From assembly GCA_027623195.1 (NCBI GenBank), contig JAQBUT010000013.1, positions 23,062 to 87,061 on the forward strand: DNA of 64,000 bases. Reading direction: 5' to 3'. The notes under the pieces are model-generated. The model was not told where the DNA came from and searched no databases. It worked only from the letters and a program-made list of their open reading frames with translations. This DNA is from Chloroflexota bacterium (GTDB lineage: Bacteria > Chloroflexota > Dehalococcoidia > Lucifugimonadales > JADFKI01). The translations under genes and the position numbers were made by a program. Positions 9,593-17,912 of the stretch are shown one piece after another. Numbering within the stretch: position 1 is the stretch's first letter; each line of letters opens with the position of its first letter.

Positions 9593-9666
9593 ACGTTAAC
9601 AGGGGACATTGAGGATTGGCGTTGCGGGCTTGCTCGGCACCCCGATCCTCAGTGCCCTGTCAGCGT
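9593..9666 (+). other. Long intra-operon RNA hairpin without U-tract
   Basis: acaggg/ccctgt and cattgaggattgg/ccgatcctcagtg arms; apical G(CUUG)C loop. Confidence 0.65.
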
Positions 9667-9679
9667 CAACCATTGAAAG

Positions 9680-10306
9680 GTGAAATCGTCTGTGACAGGG
9701 CAACCAGTACCGGACCTCATACGACGCATCCTTTCTGAGAATCCTCACAAGTCCTTAAGTGATCCCTCTCTCACTCCAGCCGGGGTGACGCTTCTGCTCT
9801 ACCCCAAAGACGGCCTGCACTGCGTCCTTTTGCAAAAAAGGTCCCAGTTGGTGGAGCACCACAAGGGGGAAATCTCCTTTCCAGGTGGCATGAAGGACGC
9901 AACCGATGTGGACCTCCAATACACGGCCCTGCGAGAGGCTCACGAAGAGATGGGTATTCTCCCCGAGCACATAGAGGTGCTAGGCCAGGTGGACGATGTA
10001 TCCACGATCTCTAATTTCGTCGTAAGTACGTTTGTGGGGACAATACCGTATCCCTACGAGTTCACGACCAGCGATGTAGAGGTAGCCGAGGTTCTGGAAG
10101 TCCCGCTGAATAACCTGATGGATAGGGCTAACAGGCGTGACGAAGTACGTCTAGTAAATGGTAAACTAAACTATGCTCCGGTTTTCGCCCATCAAGGGCA
10201 CATAATATTTGGGGCAACCGCTAAAATTTTGGACCAGTTCCTAGCATTGCTGGAGAACGCTCCCCATAAGGAGGCCCCGTGGCTGAAACATCAGCTCCCA
10301 AGATAG
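9680..10306 (+). CDS. CoA pyrophosphatase-type Nudix hydrolase (NudL/YeaB-like)
   Basis: LLQKRS..HKGEISFPGG NuCoA motif, TALREAHEEMG Nudix box, IFGATA. Confidence 0.9.
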   Translation: MKSSVTGQPVPDLIRRILSENPHKSLSDPSLTPAGVTLLLYPKDGLHCVLLQKRSQLVEHHKGEISFPGGMKDATDVDLQYTALREAHEEMGILPEHIEVLGQVDDVSTISNFVVSTFVGTIPYPYEFTTSDVEVAEVLEVPLNNLMDRANRRDEVRLVNGKLNYAPVFAHQGHIIFGATAKILDQFLALLENAPHKEAPWLKHQLPR

Positions 10307-13300
10307 AAGAAATAAGGGCTGAACTGGCGAAATTTCCCTCCTCCGTTCTGGAAGAGTTCGAAAAGGCGCTTTTGAAGATGCCCGATAACCTCACTGAGCC
10401 GCAGCTAGCGGACTGGGCGGGCGCAGGACGGGACCTTGCTCAAAAGACGGTTCGCTCCTGGGAGGCATCTGCTCAGTATTTCAAGGTGAGTCCATCGGTT
10501 CTGGGCTTTATGCCGCTGAACTACTTCTTCAAGTGGACAGACTGTGGTCAGGCCTTGTGCGCGGAGTCGCCAACACTGGCCGCTGCGTTCTTCGAGGCCA
10601 GCCCCGGCACTATGAGCAAATTGCGGTCCCGCCACATCGAGAGTTGGTCGGGGCTCGGTCGAAGCCTTTATAAAGGAACTTGGAAGTCCAGCACATTGGC
10701 CTGCAAGTTCTTTCAGTCCAGTCCCGTTCTACTGGAACACCTGAGCTTTCCAGAGCTGGAGCGCTTTGCTTCGTTCCTGGACTCTCTGTCTCACCGCTCA
10801 TATGATCTTGCATCCGAGTGCCTGACGCTGGGCCAGGGGATATTCCCGCTTATTGGCGAGGACCGAGCGGCGTTCATATCGCTGGCCTCCACGCTGGTGG
10901 AAACCGGATGGCGCGAGGTCAAGAGCTTCTTCGAGGCGGGTTCACGAGCGCTACCCCGCGTAGAGAGTGGGCAGCGCCTGCGCTTCCTTAAAATGGCGGA
11001 GCAGCTAGTCAAGAACGGCGGCACGAATATCCCTGGCGTCATGTTGGAAATATCCAAAGCCCTGTCTCAGATAGAGCCTCACCAGCATGCCCATATATTG
11101 GGATTGGGTGAGGCGCTGATGGTGCATTCGGCCCTTGCGGTCCCCGAGTTCATCAAAGCCTGCCCCCAGGCCCTGGAAAAAGTAACCATGTCTCAGTTGG
11201 AGAAGTGGTTCTCCGAAGGGGTGGGGATTTTGGAGCAGAACCAGGACGGTGGTTTGGCCTACTTCAAGATGGAGTCTGCCCGTTCAGAAGAGATTCTGGA
11301 AGGGCTCTCCTCAGGTGTTGAATACGGTCGCATCAAGGACGTGATGGAGATGTACTGCCGTGCCATGGCGGGCGCTGACATAAAGCTTGCCGAGGCCGTT
11401 GACCTGGTAGAAAAGAACATAGGTTGGGTCTCCAATGAGGCTCCCTCCACTGAGGGCACCACGGTGTTTGTGCCTTCCCTGGTGGATAAGTACGGTTCCA
11501 AATCCGACAACTTCTCCTGGTACAAGGTCGTATCCACGCACCAGGTAGCGCATATCGAGTTTGGTAGCTTTATTTTCGATTTTGATACGCCGTCTATTTT
11601 CTTTACGGACCGACGACAGGAGCTGGAGCAGCAGAAGGTACAGATGCCTGAAGGTTCCCGCCAGGAAATGCCTGAGGTGGATTCAGAGAGCGTCGAGCAT
11701 GCGTGGGTGACGGATGCGCAACGCTTTTTTGACCTGTTCGAAGATAGGAAGCTGGCACTGGACATCTACACGGTCGTGGAAGACGCACGTCTGGATGCCA
11801 GGGTTAAGGTCGAGTATCCGGGCATACGCTTGGGGTACGACCTGATTCAAACCAGTTCCCTTCACGAGCGCCCGGAGATTACCGATATGCCCGTAAGGGA
11901 GGCGCTGGTAGAATTTCTCGTGCGCCTGAGTCTGAACCAGTACAACGGGATACCTGCCCCGGAGCAGTTCGTGGACGAGGCGAAAGAGGTGGGCCGAATA
12001 ATGCAGCAGGTGCTCAGGCCCGAAGCAACCATACAGGATACGGCGGAGGCTTCGCTGCGAATTTACGCTATTATCGCCCAGATTCCCAACGAGGAGGTCC
12101 CTACGGAGGACTGGGAAGATGTCGATATGGACGATACCCAGAACGAGGAGTATCAGGACCCCGACGATATGGAGCAGCTCCTGCAGCAGATCTCTATGGG
12201 CATGGAAATGGAGATGAGGCCCGACAGCGAGCAGGAGTACGACTCGACTGAAAACGTCGAGTTTAGGGGCGACTTCAAGCCCGAGCTGGTCCAAATGCTG
12301 ACCGAGCTTCGCAGGCAGCAAAAGGAGGGTGGTTCCACCGACGGAGAGCCGATCTCCCAGGAACAACTGGAGGAACTACTGAAGAACAGTGCAGAGTTGG
12401 AACTCCAGGCAACCCAGGGTGAGCTTCAGGAGTCCAGCAATATGATGGCCAACAACCTGATGAAAGAGGCCGGCCTAGACATGCCTCAGTCGCCTGAGTA
12501 CGGCAAGGGGCCACTGGTGCATGTGGATGAGGACGGTGGCGCGTTGGAGGCAAACGAGCCACAGACCTTTGTTTACGACGAGTGGGACTTCCGTGCGGAT
12601 GATTACAAGCCTCGCTGGTGCATCGTCCGTCAGAAGACGATGGCAGAGGGCGATCCCACCTACTACAGTTCGACTCTGACCAATTACGGTGGCCTTGTCA
12701 CGCAGATCCGACGTCAGTTCGAGATGATGGTGCCGGAGAATTTCCAGAAGGTTCGCAAGCTGGAAGATGGCGAGGAGATAGACATCGACGACCTCATAGA
12801 GGCGGTGGTGGACAGGAAGACTGGCGCCAGCCCTAGCGATAAGTTCTACTGGCGGCGGAACAAGGTCCAGCGCGATGTGGCGGTGGCTTTCCTTCTGGAC
12901 ACCAGCGCATCGACAGCGGAGGCTATAGACGACGCCAAGAAGTCGCCTGACGACTGGGATGCCCCGGACGACCCCGTCGAGTACATGGTCTGGCTCAGGA
13001 CTCGCCGAGGAGAGGCGATGCGTCGCTCCTACAAGCGCATCATCGACGTCGAGAAGGAGGCGATTGTTCTTCTAATCAACGCCTTGGAGGCCATCGGCGA
13101 CCTGTACGGCATATACGGGTTCAGCGGTTACGGTCGGGAGAACGTGGAGTTCTACACGATCAAGGACCTGGACGAAAACTTCTCAGAGAGAGTGAAGAAG
13201 CGCATCGACAGGGTTGCGCCGCTACATGCCACCCGCATGGGCCCAGCCATTCGGCATACAACGTACAAGCTGGACAAGCAGGACGCGCGGACCAAGTTGA

Positions 13301-13560
13301 TGTTCCTGATTAGCGATGGTCGTCCCCAGGACAGGGGCTACAGCCGTGAGGGCGTGGAGAAGGAATACGCAGTCCACGACACCAAGATGGCTCTGGACGA
13401 GGCAAAGGCTAAAGGTATTCAGTCCTTCGCGCTGACAGTGGACAAGAATGGCCACGACTACCTAAAGAATATGTGTGATGATATGGGCTACGAGGTATTG
13501 GACGACATCTACGAGTTGCCGTCCCGCCTGCTGTACCTGTATAAGAAGCTGACGATGTAG
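10279..13560 (+). CDS. CbbO/NorD-like VWA-domain AAA+ adaptor with N-terminal helical repeats
   Basis: YDEWDF, GEEIDIDD, LLDTSAST MIDAS, TRMGPAIRH, ISDGRPQD; HQVAH and EDAR motifs. Confidence 0.9.
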   Translation: MAETSAPKIEEIRAELAKFPSSVLEEFEKALLKMPDNLTEPQLADWAGAGRDLAQKTVRSWEASAQYFKVSPSVLGFMPLNYFFKWTDCGQALCAESPTLAAAFFEASPGTMSKLRSRHIESWSGLGRSLYKGTWKSSTLACKFFQSSPVLLEHLSFPELERFASFLDSLSHRSYDLASECLTLGQGIFPLIGEDRAAFISLASTLVETGWREVKSFFEAGSRALPRVESGQRLRFLKMAEQLVKNGGTNIPGVMLEISKALSQIEPHQHAHILGLGEALMVHSALAVPEFIKACPQALEKVTMSQLEKWFSEGVGILEQNQDGGLAYFKMESARSEEILEGLSSGVEYGRIKDVMEMYCRAMAGADIKLAEAVDLVEKNIGWVSNEAPSTEGTTVFVPSLVDKYGSKSDNFSWYKVVSTHQVAHIEFGSFIFDFDTPSIFFTDRRQELEQQKVQMPEGSRQEMPEVDSESVEHAWVTDAQRFFDLFEDRKLALDIYTVVEDARLDARVKVEYPGIRLGYDLIQTSSLHERPEITDMPVREALVEFLVRLSLNQYNGIPAPEQFVDEAKEVGRIMQQVLRPEATIQDTAEASLRIYAIIAQIPNEEVPTEDWEDVDMDDTQNEEYQDPDDMEQLLQQISMGMEMEMRPDSEQEYDSTENVEFRGDFKPELVQMLTELRRQQKEGGSTDGEPISQEQLEELLKNSAELELQATQGELQESSNMMANNLMKEAGLDMPQSPEYGKGPLVHVDEDGGALEANEPQTFVYDEWDFRADDYKPRWCIVRQKTMAEGDPTYYSSTLTNYGGLVTQIRRQFEMMVPENFQKVRKLEDGEEIDIDDLIEAVVDRKTGASPSDKFYWRRNKVQRDVAVAFLLDTSASTAEAIDDAKKSPDDWDAPDDPVEYMVWLRTRRGEAMRRSYKRIIDVEKEAIVLLINALEAIGDLYGIYGFSGYGRENVEFYTIKDLDENFSERVKKRIDRVAPLHATRMGPAIRHTTYKLDKQDARTKLMFLISDGRPQDRGYSREGVEKEYAVHDTKMALDEAKAKGIQSFALTVDKNGHDYLKNMCDDMGYEVLDDIYELPSRLLYLYKKLTM

Positions 13561-13590
13561 GGCGGTTCGCTGAATATTAGGAAACTGGAC

Positions 13591-13625
13591 AAAAAAGGAG
13601 TCGCCTGAAGGCGACTCCTTTTTTT
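13591..13625 (+). terminator. Rho-independent terminator (likely bidirectional)
   Basis: A6-ggagtcgcc/ggcgactcc-T7. Confidence 0.9.
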
Positions 13626-13831
13626 CTTATAGTGCAGCGTCGTTCGGGATTCCAGCGCTTAGCAAGCGAAGCAAACCATATTCAACAAATCATGTTAAGT
13701 CATCGAAATATAGCTAAACTTATGCTGAAAGCGTAATATAATTACGAGGAATGGGTGTTGGGTAAAGAGAGGGCACTTCAACGAGCTTCAATCGCGCGTA
13801 TTGCCAACGAGATTCGCAAAGGGGGTAGCAA

Positions 13832-14896
13832 ATGTCGTTAAAGGTTGGAAACCTAGAACTGTTCATGGGGCCTAAACAGGCCGGAGGGCCAGACGATCTT
13901 GAGAAGGTTATCGTCGACTTCATTTCCAAGGCGACCAGGCGTCTGGATATAGCGGTGCAGGAGTTGGATTCCAGGCCCATAGCGGACGCCATCATCGCAG
14001 CCCGCCAACGAAAGGTGACCGTTCGCCTGGTTTTGGAAGGCGATTACCTTTCATCCACAAGGCGGCGCTCGGACCCTTACGTGGCCGGGGGACCCCACGA
14101 ACCCAATCGCGAGATACATGCAGCGATGTTGAGGACGGCCATCAATGTAAAGTCGGACTACAACCCACATATATTCCATCAAAAGTTCATTGTTAGGGAT
14201 AATGAGACCGTCCTGACAGGCTCAACAAATTTCACTCAAACGGGAGTGTCCAGCAACCTTAACAACGTGGTGATAATTCAGGACACGGATATCGCTAAGA
14301 TTTACGGCCGCGAGTTTCGAGAAATTATGCAGGGGCACTTCGGGAATCTCAACGAAGGTCACGACGCAAAGCCGCCGGAAAAGACAGTCTCCGGAATTCC
14401 ATTAAAAGTATTGTTCGCCCCCGACCACGCCCCAGAGATGGAGATCATGAAGCAGATGCTTAAGGCCAAAAATCGCATCGACTTCGCGGTGTTTACTTTC
14501 GCTGAGTCATCGGGAATCGATGATGCAATGCTCAGCGTGGCGGCTGGAGGGATAAAGATAAGAGGAGCCTTGGACGGCCTAAGCTCCAACAGTAAATGGG
14601 CGGCCACACATGGTCTGGCGGGTAAGGCCAACATCGAACTTTTCAACGTTCGGAAGCAGACCACCGTTAACAAGCTGCACCATAAGCTTATGGTCATTGA
14701 TGAGCGTGTGGTGATAGTCGGTAGCTTCAACTATACGGGGCAAGCTAACAGATTGAACGACGAGAATATTATCGTCTTGGGAGACTTGCGAGATGACGTA
14801 TCTCAAACGTCCAAGAATAACCAGGAAAAAGTGGGGAAATTTGCCTTGGACGAAATAGACCGTATCGTTCAGCAATTTGGCAGCGCCATAATTTAG
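13832..14896 (+). CDS. Phospholipase D-superfamily protein with two HKD motifs (Nuc-like nuclease or lipase)
   Basis: HQKFIVRD...TGSTNFT and HHKLMVID...GSFNYT; no signal peptide. Confidence 0.88.
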   Translation: MSLKVGNLELFMGPKQAGGPDDLEKVIVDFISKATRRLDIAVQELDSRPIADAIIAARQRKVTVRLVLEGDYLSSTRRRSDPYVAGGPHEPNREIHAAMLRTAINVKSDYNPHIFHQKFIVRDNETVLTGSTNFTQTGVSSNLNNVVIIQDTDIAKIYGREFREIMQGHFGNLNEGHDAKPPEKTVSGIPLKVLFAPDHAPEMEIMKQMLKAKNRIDFAVFTFAESSGIDDAMLSVAAGGIKIRGALDGLSSNSKWAATHGLAGKANIELFNVRKQTTVNKLHHKLMVIDERVVIVGSFNYTGQANRLNDENIIVLGDLRDDVSQTSKNNQEKVGKFALDEIDRIVQQFGSAII

Positions 14897-14946
14897 CCAA
14901 TGGCCGAGACAAGGAGTTTCGGACGAGAGCTGTCCGCCATTCAGCC

Positions 14947-15342
14947 TCAGGCCTGAAAAACCGTCGCCTCGCCTTTGAGGACCTCGTCGCCGGACTGGTT
15001 CTTGATGCTGATGTCTAGCTTGGCGATGCTGCGCCGGTTACTGGCCGACGTTACCGTTGCCTCGGCCATGATGGTGTCGCCGATGTATACAGGCTTTGGG
15101 AAGCTCCAGTTCTGACTCAAGAAGACGGTGCCAGGGCCTGGCATGTCCATGGCAACCATCGCGTGCAGAAGTCCCGTGGTTATGCCGCCCTGGCATATCA
15201 GCCCATCGAACCTGGTGTTGCTGGTGAACTCCTCGTCGAAGTGCAGGGGATTGTAGTCGCCAGTGATTTCAGCGTAGGACTGCACCATTTCCTTGGTGAC
15301 TGTCATTTCCCGTTGAGCTTTCTGTCCGACTTCAAGATCCAT
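14947..15342 (-). CDS. MaoC/PhaJ-family (R)-specific enoyl-CoA hydratase
   Basis: TGDYNPLHFD hydratase motif, PGPGT, PVYIGDTI. Confidence 0.88.
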   Translation of the reverse strand: MDLEVGQKAQREMTVTKEMVQSYAEITGDYNPLHFDEEFTSNTRFDGLICQGGITTGLLHAMVAMDMPGPGTVFLSQNWSFPKPVYIGDTIMAEATVTSASNRRSIAKLDISIKNQSGDEVLKGEATVFQA

Positions 15343-15473
15343 GATTCTTTTCCTATTCCCGTGTTCCCACCCGTGAGCCCTCAGCAAATCACAGGGCTTG
15401 GGTATAGCCCCTAGTCTTTGGCGCATCTAGGTTGATATGTCTCCAACGATTGCGTTCCCAAGGCAATCCAATC

Positions 15474-16733
15474 TTAACGCCGCATGGAGAGGGATTGAGG
15501 AGGCAGGCCGTTTAGAAAACGGACTAACCCTAAAAGCGCGTGCGTCGAGGCGCGGCTACGCAACCTCAGCCTGCTGGTAGGGTAGTGGCCTGAGGTAGAA
15601 GACACGCTGTCGCCAATAGCGAACCCGATGTGCGACGTTCCAACCGGCCCGCTGGCGTCTGTTGGGTCGGCAACCAGGCCTGTGATCGCCAGGCCCACGT
15701 CAGCATCGAACAACTTACGAGCGGCCCTGGCCATGTCCTCCGCCACGTGAGCGTTGATGGGGCCGTATTCTTCTATTAGCTTCGGGTCGACACCATGCCC
15801 TTCTAGCAGATCGTCGCGGTACACCACAGCGCTTCCCTTTAGGAAGTGGCGACTCCCTTCTACGTCCGCAAGGTTGGAGGCCAGCAGGCCTCCTGTAAAG
15901 GACTCCATGATGCCGAGGGTGAATCCTTTCGCCTGGAGCAGCGATGCGGCCAGACTTTCCGGCGTATCATCGTCCGTGCCCCAGACGACGTCTTCGCCTA
16001 TTACACGACGAATCTCCGTCTCCATCGGGCGGATTAGCTCCCAGGCCTCTGCGTCGGTGGGGGCGGTTGCTATGGCCCGCAGATGGATGCCGTCCTGTTT
16101 CGAGTAGATGCCCAAATACGGATTCTTGCTCTGAAAAAGCGGCGAAAGCATCTCGTCCAGACCGCCTTCGGATATGCCAAACGTCTTCAGGTTACGGGTG
16201 ACGATGGCCACGTCAGGATTTCGCGCCTTGATCTTCGGACCTATGGTGCTCGTCCACATGGGAAGAATCTCTCTGGGTGGGCCAGGCATGGCCACGATTA
16301 CATGGCCGTCCTTTTCCGCCCACCAGCCTGGGGCGGTGCCGTGATCGTTGGGGACCGTTTGTGCCGACGGTATGAGCGTCGCCTGTTTGATGTTGGTCTC
16401 CGGCATGGGGAATCCCCGGTTGACGAAGAGGCCTTTGAGGTGCTCCAGCAGGTCATCTTGAACAGCCATCTCTTCGCCAAAGGCTGCCGCAATGCTCTCC
16501 CTGGTTAGATCGTCAGATGTCGGTCCGAGGCCGCCTGAAGTGAGGGTGATGTCGGAACGCTTCCAGGCCCGCTCAATAACTTCACGAAGCAGTTTGGGGT
16601 CGTCGCCCACCTTGGTCACCCACCGCACTTCAACGCCAATTTTTGCCAACTCTGAGGCAAGAAAGGACGAGTTGGTATCCACAAGCTCGCCCATGAGAAG
16701 TTCGGTGCCGATAGATATGATTTCAGCGTTCAT
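15474..16733 (-). CDS. cinA: CinA family protein (COG1058 domain + PncC-like domain)
   Basis: IGTELLMG..DTNS, VGDD, GGLGPTSDDLT, GTAPG, MPGPP; C-terminal ESFTGG. Confidence 0.92.
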   Translation of the reverse strand: MNAEIISIGTELLMGELVDTNSSFLASELAKIGVEVRWVTKVGDDPKLLREVIERAWKRSDITLTSGGLGPTSDDLTRESIAAAFGEEMAVQDDLLEHLKGLFVNRGFPMPETNIKQATLIPSAQTVPNDHGTAPGWWAEKDGHVIVAMPGPPREILPMWTSTIGPKIKARNPDVAIVTRNLKTFGISEGGLDEMLSPLFQSKNPYLGIYSKQDGIHLRAIATAPTDAEAWELIRPMETEIRRVIGEDVVWGTDDDTPESLAASLLQAKGFTLGIMESFTGGLLASNLADVEGSRHFLKGSAVVYRDDLLEGHGVDPKLIEEYGPINAHVAEDMARAARKLFDADVGLAITGLVADPTDASGPVGTSHIGFAIGDSVSSTSGHYPTSRLRLRSRASTHALLGLVRFLNGLPPQSLSMRR

Positions 16734-16876
16734 ATTTGAACCTTGTCTAACGTATATTAACCCGGATCTTGAATATACCCGGCAAGTATAAGTGGCGGGA
16801 GGACTGTCGGGCAGCGAAAAGGCCGGACCGTAAGAGTGCGGCCTCCGCTAATCCTATATTACATTCAGGCGTAACG

Positions 16877-17896
16877 TTAATCGCCGTATGGTATGTCCTC
16901 GCCAAATGCCAGAACGGCGTCTACCCAGTCAGCGTTTATTTCCAGCACTGGTTGGAAAGAATAACTGGATTCGTCCTTGGCGTAGTAATAAGCCCCATCG
17001 TCGGACTTATTGCCTAGAATCAACAACACGCCGTCCGTAAACGTCGTGCCCCGGTCTGTCTTCCCAGTGAACCTGATCTCAATTGCGGTGGAGTCTTCGG
17101 TGATGCCCCACGGAGAGTAATCCCGGTCATCCACTCTGGGCTGGGCCACCGAGATATGCTCGGCTCTGCCCACTCTGGGGGAGAATTTATCCCAACGTTC
17201 CTCGTCGATAGGGCGCAATACCGGGTCGTTGGCGAAGTCCTGAACGAACCAGCCACCCTGCCTGAAGTTTTGCGCGAAGGAGATTCTGTGGGTGCCCTCT
17301 AGGGCAGGGTCCCCGTAATGGATATTAAGCTCCGCGATTGTTGATGGGCTTCGCTGCTCATACCATTTGGGTATCGGCGGCTCGTATGCAAGCCGGCTGA
17401 TGACATCCACCCACGTCGACGTGATTAGAAAAAGGTCTGGGAATCCTTCAACCTGGCTGTAATTATGGTTTCCGTCGGTGGTTACATCGCCTAATCGAAA
17501 CTGCAGGGACCGGTTGGAGGTCAGGCCGACTTCTACTATGGTGTCTGGTTCGTCAAGCCCATACTCCGCCGGATCATCGATCACAGGCCGGAATGTCGTA
17601 AGGTCGCGCTTGGTTCCAGGACCGCTCAGGAGCAGCGGAACGCCTCCCCAGCGTATGAAGTTTGGCGGTATATCTGCAGGATCGTCGAATGCCCAGGTGT
17701 GCGGGCCTGATTTATGAAAGCGGACGATGCTGCCCCTGTAGTTGACCATGATAGTCTCGATGTCATCTTCCGAGACCTGGTAAAACCAGGGAGACTTTGT
17801 CTGTTGCTCAGGCACCGATTCAAAGGGATTGATCCATGCAACGACGCCAACAGCTATCGCAATTATTATCAGAACACCGGTAATTTTGAAATTCAT
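16877..17896 (-). CDS. DUF4340-like membrane-anchored extracytoplasmic protein
   Basis: N-terminal TM helix, EYGLDEP...FRLGD motif, position after the GldG-like gene. Confidence 0.7.
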   Translation of the reverse strand: MNFKITGVLIIIAIAVGVVAWINPFESVPEQQTKSPWFYQVSEDDIETIMVNYRGSIVRFHKSGPHTWAFDDPADIPPNFIRWGGVPLLLSGPGTKRDLTTFRPVIDDPAEYGLDEPDTIVEVGLTSNRSLQFRLGDVTTDGNHNYSQVEGFPDLFLITSTWVDVISRLAYEPPIPKWYEQRSPSTIAELNIHYGDPALEGTHRISFAQNFRQGGWFVQDFANDPVLRPIDEERWDKFSPRVGRAEHISVAQPRVDDRDYSPWGITEDSTAIEIRFTGKTDRGTTFTDGVLLILGNKSDDGAYYYAKDESSYSFQPVLEINADWVDAVLAFGEDIPYGD

Positions 17897-17912
17897 TCCG
17901 CCCGTCCGCCTC

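Noticed and set aside
11683..12366. 227-aa antisense ORF inside the VWA gene (likewise 62801-63487 inside the MBL gene)
   Set aside because: Shadow frames of well-supported genes.
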